49,743 bases of DNA from Nemertoderma westbladi (lineage: Eukaryota > Animalia > Xenacoelomorpha): positions 1 to 49,743 of the forward strand of contig JAUCBJ010000587.1 in assembly GCA_032718475.1 (NCBI GenBank). The letters run 5' to 3'. A program made the position numbers and the translations under genes. The notes beneath the pieces are model-generated. The model was not told the origin of the DNA, did no database searches, and saw nothing but the letters and a program-made list of their open reading frames with translations. The stretch's first letter is position 1, and every line of letters starts with the position of its first letter. Shown here one piece after another: positions 13,103-25,789 of the stretch.

Positions 13103-14318
13103 TGTAAAAGCTTTTGTGGGATATAACTGGCCCTTTTGCTTTGCAATCCAGTTCCCCCAAGGCGCTGGAATACTCTCAAAGGTTCCCTAACTCGAATGAT
13201 GCGAGCTACCGGCTGATTGGCTGATTTGCTGTACGTTGGGCCTCTTTGTTATTTTTGATCGACCAACCAGAGCTATAACAGCAGAGTATGCAACCAGAGC
13301 AACCGAGCGGAGTGACTCATTTTGTGTGCTGGCCAAGGGCGACAAAAACCCTGATAGTTAGGCATTTAGACATTCGTGGAACCTGCGGAATCTGGTGTTC
13401 TGCCAATGAGAGCTATTCCTCTCTGTGTTGAAAAGATACCTGCAACAGCTCACGGAGTCAGTGTTGTGTTGTGTTGTTCCTCCTGCGCCTGAACATCGGC
13501 TTTTGGAATGACTCTGTGTTTCAGACTTTAGAAGAAACATTAGTAGGCTTAGATTATAGAACGTATAACTGTTATCGAGTCATATCTTAACACACTCAAC
13601 TCACATATCATATCATATCTTAACCTACCATTTTACTGCTATTTACTGTTGGTTATTAATTGTATCGGTTGATGGAATATTGTTATTTGGAGAATATCGA
13701 TAAATAACCCAAAATTCCCAATCTTCTTGATACACTACAGGTTAGAGAGACCGGTTACATATAGCAATTGTGACTTATATTATTGTGGTTTGTAGTGAAT
13801 CTAATGCTGTTTCATAGATACTACATGAGTCCATTGCTGTTCTCTTTATGCATGATCAAATTCAGTAACTGTCGGCAAATCATTGAGCAGTATTGTGCGG
13901 TACTAGTAGTGTGCATGATTGTGACTGATAACTAAGCATCTCCTAAAGAATGCGCCTCATACGTGAATCCTAAGCCATACCGTTGTGTTTAGTATAAGTC
14001 ATAGCTCTGTTTACATAGATAGAGCGCCACGTCCTAAAGGAACTGTTAATATTTCCCGAAAGTGAATAATATTTGTCAGAGATTATATATTAATGATCAA
14101 TCGAATAATACAGTAGGCTTACACCGCAATAAAATCTAAGCATCCGAATCCGGTCTCCCGGGTATATCCAGCGGGTGAATGGTCGCGCATAGACTGGCTT
14201 CGGCTAATGTTGTGTTTATTTGTATTAAATATTTGCCATTTTCTAAAGTCGATTTATAAACTAAAAGACATATAAATTTTGGCAGGTTAAACTGCTAAAG
14301 GTCTTAAAAGCGCGAACA
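13103..14318 (+). mobile_element. LTR (1216 bp, TGT...ACA) preceded by PPT GGGAGCGG
   Basis: Shares both termini (TGTAAAAGCTTTTGTGGG...CTTAAAAGCGCGAACA) with the solo LTR at 29481-30718; AATAAA at about 14128. Confidence 0.92.
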
Positions 14319-16625
14319 TGTAGTAAGGGTAGTAAGTGTTAGAAAATAGTAAGCGGTGATAGGGTAGAGCCATATAGTAGCCTTTTGAATAAGATTTAGA
14401 TTTAGTAAGTTGTAATGGCGTAGATGGAAGTGAGTTAAAGTAGTAGATCGCTGAGATTTATTTTTTATAGTTATTAATATATATCTTGTCAATGTGTCAC
14501 CAAGGTCAAGGTATCACGCGATTTGAAAGGGGTACATCTAGGGGGGTGGTGTAAATACTGGTATTGATAGGACAACGATTACAATTAAAACACAATACAG
14601 TTCATTTCATTTATGTGGTCTAAGCCACCTTCTACATGGACCTACGAATAGATGTATGTATATATTAATATATATCCTGATTGAACACATATACATATCT
14701 TGATTGAACATACACACATATATATATATATCTAATGATTGTGGCCATAAGTCATTTTGAAAGATCAAACAAAATATATATAACTTTTATGTAGAATTTA
14801 GCGATCTTATGGTTGCATATTATATAGTATTATGTATAATCATATTCTATATAACTCCAGCAATTTCTACACTTTAGCCAAATCGGGAAATCCTTGTAGG
14901 ACTGGTCATATGGATGCACAACACATTTTGATGATATAAGAATATTTAATTAGTTATGTATATCTATATAACTTTATATATATATTTGGTTTGTTTATAG
15001 GACTGTTACTAAGATAAAACATTTCCATTTTTAATGAAACATCAATTTCACGTTTTTGCCTGACGGACCTACACCCTATCACAACATTTAATGAATTAAA
15101 ATTGTTTTTACTAACTAGTAAACATCATTATGTGCAAATATCACGATTCAGAGTTATGACCGCTGATCATAGTACCAAACGAGAGAGAGCGAGCTTTGTT
15201 GAATAAGAAACGAAGTATGAAATTTTGATACCTTACATTAAATTATCACAACTAAAAATGCTAAAAAATAAATTAATCACATTAATATTGTAACATTTAT
15301 ATCAATTTACGCTATTAATTGCAGACTACAATTACCACTAACTAGACCTAAAATTATAGCTGTTGTTATAAAATAATTAATGCCCTCACGCTTTTAAAAT
15401 TTTTTAATATTAATAAGCTAAATATTATCATCTGCAACTTGAGCTGTATTCTATTTCTTCATTTATTCCAGCATTGTTCCCTTGACCTTTGGCCTCTGAA
15501 AAAATATGCTTTTACAATCCCTCGAATATACGGATAAAAAGTTGGACAAAAAATAATTATTTATGTAAAAGAATAGTTATTTTTCAAAATTAACAAAATT
15601 CATATAAGTTTGAGATAAAATATGCAGCCATATTACAAATTTATAAATCAATTTCCTAAATTCCATAAAACTGTATTTTTGATAAACATTTGTTATTTTA
15701 TTTGCTATAATTATATTGCATTTTCGTTTCTTTTAAGTTTTAAATTCATGAAATAATTAATGATATTGTATTAATTATCCAAAATATAACTTAAAAAAAA
15801 ACATAATAATAGTTATAATAATATGACATGCAACCATAAGACATGTCAACTGCTAATGGCTGCATGATTTATTTAAACTATATTTCAGATTGAGTTTTGG
15901 TGTATTGGAAGGTTTGAGGTACTTGAAGTTTTAGCATTATTCTTTATAAACCTTTCCTACTAAATATACCGAATAATGTTGAAATTTAATAGGCAGCCAT
16001 ATAACGAATCATTATAAAGAAAAATTTATAAAATTGTGCATTATTACTAGATACAACAATTATTGTATTTTTCTTTTTATTCATATTTTAAATTGATAAA
16101 ATAATATTTCATAATGTTTTAATTAAAGAAATAAGGCTTTTAAAATACATATATAATATCATTTTATTTATTTGTAATAATTGTATGGAATTGATTTCGC
16201 ACAAACAAATCGCCAGAGCGACATATTTTCCAGCTTTATACCGCAGTGCGACATGTGCACAGTGCACATTAGTCATGAAATAAGACATGCAACCATAATA
16301 CAGTCCCAGTGCATGTTTTATTTAAACTTTACTTTTGAAGCGAATTTGTAGGTAATGGTTGGTTGAACATTGAATTAAGTAGATATTTCTCGAATAATTC
16401 GAGAAAATTCAGATTTATTTTAATTTTAACATATTAATTCTGACCTTCTGACCGTTTGTCTGTTGATCTGTTTTACATAATATAGTATCTCTCAACCCAT
16501 AGCAAAAACCTATGGCATGGAGTTTTCCTAGTCTGTGATTTCATTCCCGATTACGGTTTTCATGTTTGGTGGCATCTAGACTGTCTGTATGTCTGTCCGT
16601 TTGCCTGCCTATGTGTCCATAATGA

Positions 16626-16815
16626 TGACTTTCTTGAGACGCATTTTAAAGAACACTGGACTTGAAGATGCGGATGATCTAGCAAATGTCATGGGTGATA
16701 GGGAGTTGAGGTGGAGCAATTTTATCAAAAAGCCGACACATCTTTCTTAATATATTTGATATAATTAATGCAGCCGCAATGCAACATGCCGATAGTACAG
16801 TAGTAGTAGTAGTTA
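16626..16815 (+). mobile_element. Short duplicate of the RTE-type LINE 3' end
   Basis: Near-identical to 19628-19816, including the (AGT)n tail; identity continues into the downstream flank. Confidence 0.75.
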
Positions 16816-16989
16816 TAGATGTTTGTTGATACCAATAGAAAGATAGAAGAAATATTGGGTATAAAAGTTTCATCAATTATTATCTGATTGTAGCAATTAA
16901 TCTATATTTGTACCGACATTTGCAGGGGCTCATATCCATATACAACATATTAGACCAGACAGCTAAAATCTTCCATATGTAGTTTTTTT

Positions 16990-18245
16990 CATCACTGATT
17001 TCATTTCCCATATCAGTTTTCAAGTTTGGCGGCATTTGTACAGTTTGTATGTCTGTTCGTTTGTCAAAAAACAATATGACACCTTACAAAGCTAAAATCA
17101 CGGTAATGACTGTTTTCTTCGACTCAGACTTCATTTACGGTATCAGTTTTGATGTTTGGCAGCATTTGTAAAGTTTGTATGTCTGTCCGTTTGTCAGTCG
17201 ATCTGTCTGTCAAAATACAATATGACACCCTATAAAGCTTAAATCTTGGGAATGTCTGTTTTCTTAAATTCCGACTTCATGTACGGTATCAGTTTTCATG
17301 TTGGGCAGCATTTGTACAGTTTGTATGTCTGTCCGTTTGTCAGTCGATCTGTCTGTCAAAATACAATATGACACACTACAAATGCTAAAATCCTGAGAAT
17401 GTCTGTTTTATTGGACTCTGACTTCATTTACCGTATCAGTTTTCATGTTTGGCAGCATTGTACAGTTTATTATGACTGTCCGTTTGTCAGTCAATCTGTC
17501 TGTCAAAATACAATATGACACCATACAAAGCTAAAATCCCGGGAATGTCTGTTTTCTTGGACTCTGACTTCATTTACTGTTTCAGTTGTCATGTTTGGCA
17601 GCAATTGAACAGTTTGTATGTCTGTCCGTTTGTCAGTCGATGTGTCTGTCAAAATACAATATGACACCCTTCAAATTCTAAAATCCTGAGAATGTCTGTT
17701 TTCTTGGACTTTGACTTCATTTACCGTATCAGTTTTCATGTTTGGCAGCATTGTACAGTTTATTATGACTGTCCGTTTGTCAGTCAATCTGTCTGTCAAA
17801 ATACAATATGACACCATACAAAGCTAAAATCCCGGGAATATCTGTTTTCATGGACTCTGACTTCATTTACTGTTTCAGTTGTCATGTTTGGCAGCAATTG
17901 AACAGTTTGTATGTCTGTCCGTTTGTCAGTCGATGTGTCTGTCAAAATACATTATGACACCCTTCAAATTCTAAAATCCTGAGAATGTCTGTTTTCTTGG
18001 ACCCTGACTTCATGTACGGTATCAGTTTCATGTTTGGCAGCATTTTTATAGTTTGTATGTCTGTCCGTTTGTCAGTCGATCTGTCTGTCAAAATACAATA
18101 TGAAACCCTATAATAATGCTAAAATCCTGAGAATGTCTGTTTTCTTGGACTTTGACTTCATTTACCGTATCGCATTTGCGGCATCAGTTTTCATGTTTGG
18201 CAGCATTTGTAAAGTTTGTATGTCTGTCCGTTTGTCAGTCGATCT
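16990..18245. repeat. 146/147-bp tandem repeat, array 1 (about 8-9 units)
   Basis: CAAAATACAATATGAC-like anchor recurs at 17211, 17357, 17504, 17650, 17797, 17943, 18089. Confidence 0.93.
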
Positions 18246-19289
18246 ATTAGTCCGGTAGTTTCAGAGATGTATTCTAAAGCTTTGAACTTTGGGCCATGTG
18301 CCCTTTCTACTACAACCGTCCCATTTGTCTATCTTTTGTCTCTCTGTACTAATATTTAGTGTGAAGTTTGTGCTATCTAGCCAGACAACCTGTGGTTAGT
18401 GATAGCTAAAAATACGGCGCCTGTCCTTTCTCAAAATTAACTATAGATTATATAAAACATGCAGCCATAAAACCAATTCATTGCAGTTATTAATTAAACA
18501 GACTGATGAAATTAGTAACTAAAAATTATTGTACTTTCATTTCTTTTATATTTTCAATTGATTAAATCATTTAAATAATTTAACTAACTAACTAATTTAA
18601 CCATATATAATATTGTATTTATTAATTGACCAAAATATGACATAAAAAAAACATAATAATTATTATTATAATATGACATGCAACCATAAGACAGCTCTAT
18701 TACGTAAGGCTGCATGTTTTATTTAAACTTTATCTCAGACGTGAGTTTACATGTAATGGCTGGTCTATCTAAATAGTTTGAGGCACTTGAATTAAGGTTG
18801 AAATATGATATGTAACCGTATAACAGTATAATAAGACTTAAAATAAACCTAATATCAATTAAAATAATGCACGCAACCGTATTGGAAGTTCTAGTGCTTA
18901 TGGCTGCACGTTTTATTTAAACTGTATTCCAGAAAAGAGTTGTAATTTAGTGTGGGCTGGTTTATCTAAACAGATAATTCTCAGAAAAGTTCGAGTAATT
19001 CCGATTTTTTTAAAGTTTTCATTACTTGATATTGGAATAATTAGAAATATTGATGTAATTCATATCCAATTCAATTTGTATCACTAATTAATTGCAGTTC
19101 AGAAGAATCCAGACGTGTTTAAGAGATTATTTACTAAGTTAGTGATAGTTAGTTATAGAAGTATAAGTACGTTCGTCCTATAGGCCGCAAAGCTGCAATA
19201 AGGTTCTTTACTGCGTTACGAGTAAAACACCAGAACGCTGAAAAGTTCGCATAATATTGTTGCAAATGTACCAATTGTTGATATCGCAC

Positions 19290-19816
19290 GTAAACCTTTT
19301 AGAGTTTATTTAGGGCAGCAGTAGAGACAGCCTTCTTAGATGGGAGTCCATGCTGGTCTCTCACTGACTGCAGAGTATACAAAACCTCTGGATGGCACAT
19401 TCACAATAATGCTACGCCGGGGTCATTGTGTCAAGAAGAATGAACACATCTCCATAACCAGACTCTGAACAACATCGGAAGTGTTTTATTAGTCTCCGCA
19501 AGCTTTTACTTGAACGGAGATGCCCCCGCCTTGTAGGACATTGCTTTCACCGTGTGGACCAGCCTGTGCATAATCTTGTGCTTTGGCGGCCTCATGGAAC
19601 GACTATGTATGTATGGTGGTAAGCCCATGACTTTTATGAGACGCATTTTAAAGGACACTGGACTTGAAGATACGGATTATCTACCAAATGTCATGGGTGA
19701 TAGGGAGTTGAGGTGGAGCAATTTTATTGACAAGCCGACACATCTTTCTTAATATATTTGATACAATTAATGCAGCCGCAATGCAACATGCCGATAGTAC
19801 AGTAGTAGTAGTAGTT
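19290..19816 (+). mobile_element. Decayed 3' fragment of an RTE-group LINE
   Basis: Cross-frame translation gives LFRAAVETAFLDGSPCWSLT, LDGTFTIMLRR, RLVGHCFHRVDQPVHNLVLWRPHG and ILKDTGLEDTDYLPNVMGDRELRW, the usual post-RT C-terminus of RTE/RTE-X elements; ends in an (AGT)n tail. Confidence 0.8.
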
Positions 19817-19989
19817 ATAGATGTTTGTTGATACCAATAGAAAGGTAGAAGAAATATTGGGTATAAAAGTTTCATCAATTATTATCTGCTTGTAGCAATT
19901 AATCTATATGTGTACCGATATTTGCTGGGGCTCATATCCATATACAATATATTAGACCAGACAGCTAAAATTTTCCATATGTAGATTTT

Positions 19990-21085
19990 CATCACTGATG
20001 TCATTTCCCATATCAGTTTTCAAGTTTGGCGGCATTTGTACAGTTTGTATGTCTGTTCGTTTGTCGAAAAACAATATGACACCCTACAAAGCTAAAATCA
20101 CGGTAATGTCTGTTTTCTTGGACTCAGACTTCATTTACGGTATCAGTTTTGATGTTTGGCAGCATTTGTAAAGTTTGTATGTCTGTCCGTTTATCAGTCG
20201 ATCTGTCTGTCAAAATACAATATGACATCATACCAAGCTAAAATCCCGGGAATATCTGTTTTCTTGGACTCTGACTTCATTTACTGTATCAGTTTTCATG
20301 TTTGGCAGCAATTGAATAGTTTGTATGTCTGTCCGTTTGTCAGTCAATGTGTCTGTCAAAATAATATGACACCATACAAAGCTAAAATACCGGGAATGTC
20401 TGTTTTCTTGGACTCTGACTTCATTTACTGCATCAGTTTTCATGTTTGGCAGCAATTGAACAGTTTGTATGTCTGTCCGTTTGTCAGTCAATGTGTCTGT
20501 CAAAATACAATATGACACCATACAAAGCTAAAATACCGGGAATGTCTGTTTTCTTGGACTCTGACTTCATTTACTGTATCAGTTTTCATGTTTGACAGCA
20601 ATTGAACAGTTTGTTTGTCTGTCCGTTTATCAGTCGATCTGTCTGTCAAAATAGAATATGACACCCTGCAAATTCTAAAATCCTGTGAATGTCAGTTTTC
20701 TTGGACTCTGACTTCATTTACGGTATCAGTTTCAATGTTTGGCAGCAATTTTACAGTTTGTAAGTCTGTCCGTTTGTCTGTCAATCTGTCTGTCAAAATA
20801 CAATATGACACCCTATAAAGCTTAAATCATGGGAATATCTGTTTTTGGACTCTGAATTCATTTGCGGTATCAGTTTCAATGTTTGGCAGCAATTTTACAG
20901 TTTGTAAGTCTGTCCGTTTATCTGTCAATATGTCAGTCAAAATATATTTTAACACACCGCAAAACAAAAAAATTCGATACGTGCTTTTTATTGTTCTCTG
21001 ATTTCATTCCAATATCAATTCTCATGTTTTATGTCACCTTGACTGTTTGACTGTCAAAATATCATATATCACCCTACAAAGCAAG
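19990..21085. repeat. 146-bp tandem repeat, array 2 (about 7 units, degenerating at the 3' end; resumes at 21558-21790)
   Basis: Same unit as array 1; anchors at 20211, 20357, 20501, 20647. Confidence 0.9.
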
Positions 21086-21086
21086 T

Positions 21087-21557
21087 TTTCTGGGACCGAA
21101 TTGTCTGGGACCGAATTGTCCGGTACCGAATTGTTCGGGACCGAATTGTCCTAGGACCGAATTTTCTGGGACCGAATTGTCCGGTACCGAATTGTCCGGG
21201 AACGAATTCTCCTAGGACCGAATTTTCTGGGACCGAATTGTCTGGGACCGAATTGTCCGGTACCGAATAGTCCGTATCTTGATAGAAATATAATTCGGAC
21301 CAAAAACAATTTAATATGAAAATTGAATTACAAATATTTATATACTTATTTAGCATAATATTAATATGTACAAATTCAAGAATAAAAACGTATTAAATCA
21401 ATAGCTTAATTTAATTTAATTTGGTCCTGGAAAATTCGGTCCCATTAAATATGTATGTTATGGGACCGAATTTTCTAAGTCAGTATCCGGTCAATTAGGT
21501 CCCAAAACACTAAATTAAAGGGACCGAATTGACCGGGATTGAATTGTCCTGATTCCA
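21087..21557. mobile_element. MITE-like fragment with 15-bp subterminal repeats (GGGACCGAATTGTCC) inserted into a 146-bp unit
   Basis: About 12 tandem copies at 21087-21270 and more copies at 21429-21557; the 146-bp repeat resumes immediately afterwards. Only one terminus is evident. Confidence 0.6.
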
Positions 21558-22607
21558 TTTTCTTGGTGTCTGTCTTATTTTCGATATCATTTTTCATGTT
21601 TGGTGGCATCTCAACTGTCTGTCTGTCTTTCCGTTTGTCTGTCAATCCGTATGTTAAAAGATATATATCGTACCACATAGTTAAAATCTTATGAGGTTTA
21701 CCTGGTCTCGGATCTCATTTCCGATGTTAGCATTATTGATTGGCTGCAATGAAACTGTTTGTATGTTATGTCAGTATTGATGTTCAGACAGACAAAAAAT
21801 TTCGTCCAGGAAATCCCAAATAATGGCGAATATTTTAGAATAACGTCGTCGTTGTTCTATTTTAGATTGTTGGTATGCCGTCTAACATTTTGATGGACAA
21901 ACCAACATGATGGACATGAAAAGACAGCTAGCTAGCTAGCTACAGTATTATAACTCGAGAAATAAAAGATATGTGGTGAGGCCATTTTCACCTACCTATG
22001 ACATTGTCATTAATTTAACATTAACATTTATTTGTCTAAAAAGGTTAAGCCTCTTAAGCAAAAAAAATTTGGCATAGAAACCCATAATTTCAATTCTCTT
22101 TCAATATGTTTGAAATATGATTGTAGAAATATGGCTGCATGTTTTATTTTATCATTTAATTTGCAGCCATAAGCGTGGGCGCAAATGGCCTTATGGCTGC
22201 AGGGTAAATTATTTCCATGCAGCCATAAGTCATTTAAAAAAAATAAAAGTTTCAGCTAAATATATAATATAACATAATTTATATAGCCAATTGTGCCAGA
22301 TATATGGTTCCTCCAATTCCCTATCGGGAAATATGAAGCCATAAGGCCGGTCATCTCTTATGGCTGCATGTGACCATAAGGCCATTTTTGTGACCATAAG
22401 GCCATTGTCTTATATATGATGCAGCCATAAGACTTTACCCAATCGGGTAAAACCGGCATTATGGCTGCATGTGAGATACATATATATATATATATTTATA
22501 ACATATGAATAATATGCACTGCCCAGCATTTGTAAATTTAGTAATTATGAAGACAAATGAAATAAATGCTACTGTTTGTATTTAAGAAAAGTGATGTTAT
22601 TATTCTA

Positions 22608-22650
22608 CAGATGATATTTCGGCTATATTGCATAGCCTTTATCAAATCTA
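22608..22650 (-). ncRNA. Second copy of the hammerhead motif in the inverted pseudo-LTR
   Basis: Exact reverse complement of 24215-24257. Confidence 0.7.
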
Positions 22651-23006
22651 TTTTTTATTATTCTTATTTGAATTTGTTTACATAGAATATCGTAATTCTT
22701 AGTTTGTTGTTAAGGTAACCTAGACTTAATATAATAAAGTTTTTATTGTTGAATGTAGTCATGGAAGGAGTTCAAGCCCTTTAGATTAGTGAGCAGCATA
22801 CAAATCCAAAATCGTTCTGATTTTCTTAGTTTCTTTATTGTTTCTACGCAGTTGTCACTTTGTGGTAATTGATCGATCAAAATAAATTTCAAGTTTTTGG
22901 AGGATTTGTTGTGTTTTTCAATGAAATGCACGCCGATATTGCAACTTTTGACAACTTTTTTTATATGAGATTTATAATTTCCAAGCCTCTTCTTGAAATT
23001 GATTGT

Positions 23007-24122
23007 TGGTTTAGATACAGAGACGATATATTCTCCATATGGCGTGGTTCAAAAAGGCGTCTATTCGAATTCTTTAAGCTATTAAATACATTGGATCCAA
23101 AACTTAAGTTTACACTGGATATAGGTGCTAAATCGTTACACTTTTTAGATCTAAACATAACAATTGAAAATAATCAGTTAACAACATCAGTGTATAGTAA
23201 ACCTACAGATTCACATATATATTTAAATAGTAAATCTGCCCACCCTAAATGCCAAATCAACGGAATTCCTAAAGGAGTTGCCTTAAGGTTGAAAAGAATT
23301 AACACAAAAGATAAAGACTACGTGACTCAAGGTAACGTGTACAAGAACCACCTAATTAAGTGTGGACATAATGCAGATCATGTAAATACAGTCTTTGAAG
23401 AAGTTAGGAACATGCAAAGATCGGAAGCAAGAAATTATAAAGGAAAAAACAAAAGTATTAAAAATCCAACAGTTTCAGTAACAACGTATAACCCAATGGC
23501 TCCAAACTTTAAAAGACTTATCAGTAAACATTATGGTATATTAGAGTCAAACGAAATGGCAAGGAAAATACTACCTCAAAACGAAATAATTGTTGCATAT
23601 AAAAGAAACCCAAACCTAAAAGAACTTCTAGCACCATCCAATCCATACAAACAATTATCATGCATTGATAATCCTGGTTGTTACAATTGTAGCGCTAAAA
23701 AGTGTGACTGTTGTGAAAATTACTTAATTGAAACCAACCATTTCAAATGTGTAGCTACAGGCAAGACTTTTAAAATAAACAAACGACTAAACTGTTACTC
23801 GGAAAATGTAGTATATTTAGCTATCTGCATAGAATGCAATTTACAGGGTGTTGGCTCAACAATCAATTTCAAGAAGAGGCTTGGAAATTATAAATCTCAT
23901 ATAAAAAAAGGTGTGAAAAGTTGCAATATCGGCGTGCATTTCATCGAAAAACACAGCAAATCCTCCAAAAACTTGAAATTTATTTTGATCGATCAATTAC
24001 CACGAAGGGACAACTGCGTAGAAACAATAAAGAAACTAAGAAAATCAGAACGATTTTGGATTGGTATGCGGCACACTAATCTAAAGGGCTTGAACTCCTT
24101 CCATGACTACATTCAACAATAA
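23007..24122 (+). pseudogene. Penelope-like RT (from WFRYRDDIF) + thumb + GIY-YIG endonuclease, N-terminally truncated
   Basis: Motifs WFRYRDDIFSIW, LHFLDL, VYSKPTDSHIYL..SAHP, Cys-rich linker, NVVYLAIC..C.LQGVGST...KRLGNYKSH, ERFWI...GLN. Confidence 0.92.
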
Positions 24123-24214
24123 AAACTTTATTATATTAAGTCTAGGTTACCTTAACAACAAACTAAGAATTACGATATTCTATGTAAACAAATTCAAATA
24201 AGAATAATAAAAAA

Positions 24215-24257
24215 TAGATTTGATAAAGGCTATGCAATATAGCCGAAATATCATCTG
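24215..24257 (+). ncRNA. Minimal type I hammerhead ribozyme (U3-A8 core variant) in the pseudo-LTR
   Basis: Stem I TAGAT/ATCTG, core TTGATAA, stem II GGCTAT-gcaat-ATAGCC, GAAA, palindromic ATAT in place of stem III, predicted cleavage after AUC. Confidence 0.7.
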
Positions 24258-25789
24258 TAGAATAATAACATCACTTTTCTTAAATACAAACAGTAGCATT
24301 TATTTCATACACACATACACGAGATTATACATATAGACTGATAATATCTTGATTGGGTATCTATACATTTTGATAGTATATATACATATATACACACATA
24401 CACACATGCGTACACACACACACACACATACACACCCCGACTGAATATATATATGTTTTATTTTAATATACATAATGATATATAGATGACCCCGCGCCCG
24501 AGCAAAAACATTAACCATCCACGTGGCTATTACTTGGCCTATATGTAATAAATATATATGTGACCCCGCGCCCGGGTGGAAACATTGACCAGTGCCGTTG
24601 CTGTTAGGTGACCTGTAGTCACCTTCCTTCCAAAGTATCCACGAGTGAACGGATATATGTGTAAAGTATTCACTATTTAATAATTTATTCCCATATAGTT
24701 ATATTCAATTATGTTATATGTGCATATATACACCATTATATCCACACACACAGTCACATCAACCTAACACACAATAATATATATATGTTAAATATATATG
24801 CACCCGTGCTCAGATGTAAACATAACCAATGACATGATTGGTAGGTTACTCTAAGGCACCTTCATGAGTCTTTATACAATAATATGCGTGACCCCGCGCC
24901 GGGATTTACAAGTGACATGGTACTTAGGTAACGTGAAGACACACACAAATATATATATATATATATATATATGTATAACGAACCTTTTACGCCCATTGAA
25001 TATGTAAAAACGGTTTACATATGCAGTGGCGATTTCGTTCCCAAATATATATTGACGTTCTGTACACATTCGAAGATACTTTGTAAAGCGCATGAAAATA
25101 ATGAGTGTATACAGTAGCGTTTTCGTCAAGAAAAAATTCGTCAAAACTTACAATCTTTTAAAAAAAGACAGTATGATAGTTTTATACAGTATAATTATGT
25201 AACAAAAATTGTTAAGTGTAGGTAAACTTTACTGACTTTCAAGTACTGTACAAGTAGAGTAGTTGTATAGAGTAGGATATCAGCCTACTGTATATACAGT
25301 AGTGCAAAACTACTGTAGGCCTACTATACATTCCGATTATTCTGTGTTTCTGTTTATTTATTATTTAATTATTAATTCACAACCAAGTTTGATATATTTT
25401 GTTTTATTAAAACCCTATATCACTATATAACCTGACAATTTCAAATGGGAAGGGGGGGGGATATACGCAAGAAATATTTAACCTACTTCAAGGGAAAATC
25501 GATGCGCAAATACCACCAACCAGCAAGAATGAAACGGGAACTTACGATATAAACTCTCATGTCACTCAGTTTCCCCTTTCTTCACACATTTATTCTCCTT
25601 GTAAGCTTAATCCGTGCTTTGTTAGCGTTAGGTAAACATACGAACATTGAACATACAATTTCATTTCAGACGTTAATGAAATTATGTTTTGACGACCAAC
25701 AAGTTACATTACATACTGTAGTAGGCCTATGTAAAAAAACGATGATACGTAAACATTGATACGTAAACAATGATACGTAAAGTCAATCG

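Larger units (their letters stand above)
22557..24308 (+). mobile_element. 5'-truncated Penelope-like retroelement with an inverted pseudo-LTR
   Basis: 22557-23008 is the reverse complement of 23857-24308 (452 bp); the interior encodes the RT C-terminal half and a GIY-YIG endonuclease. Confidence 0.93.

Noticed and set aside
20156-21356. Short ORFs over the 146-bp and 15-bp repeats
   Set aside because: Translations of tandem repeats with no protein signature.
22869-23006. N-terminal 46 aa of the 417-aa ORF
   Set aside because: It is antisense read-through of the inverted pseudo-LTR; real RT sequence starts near 23007.
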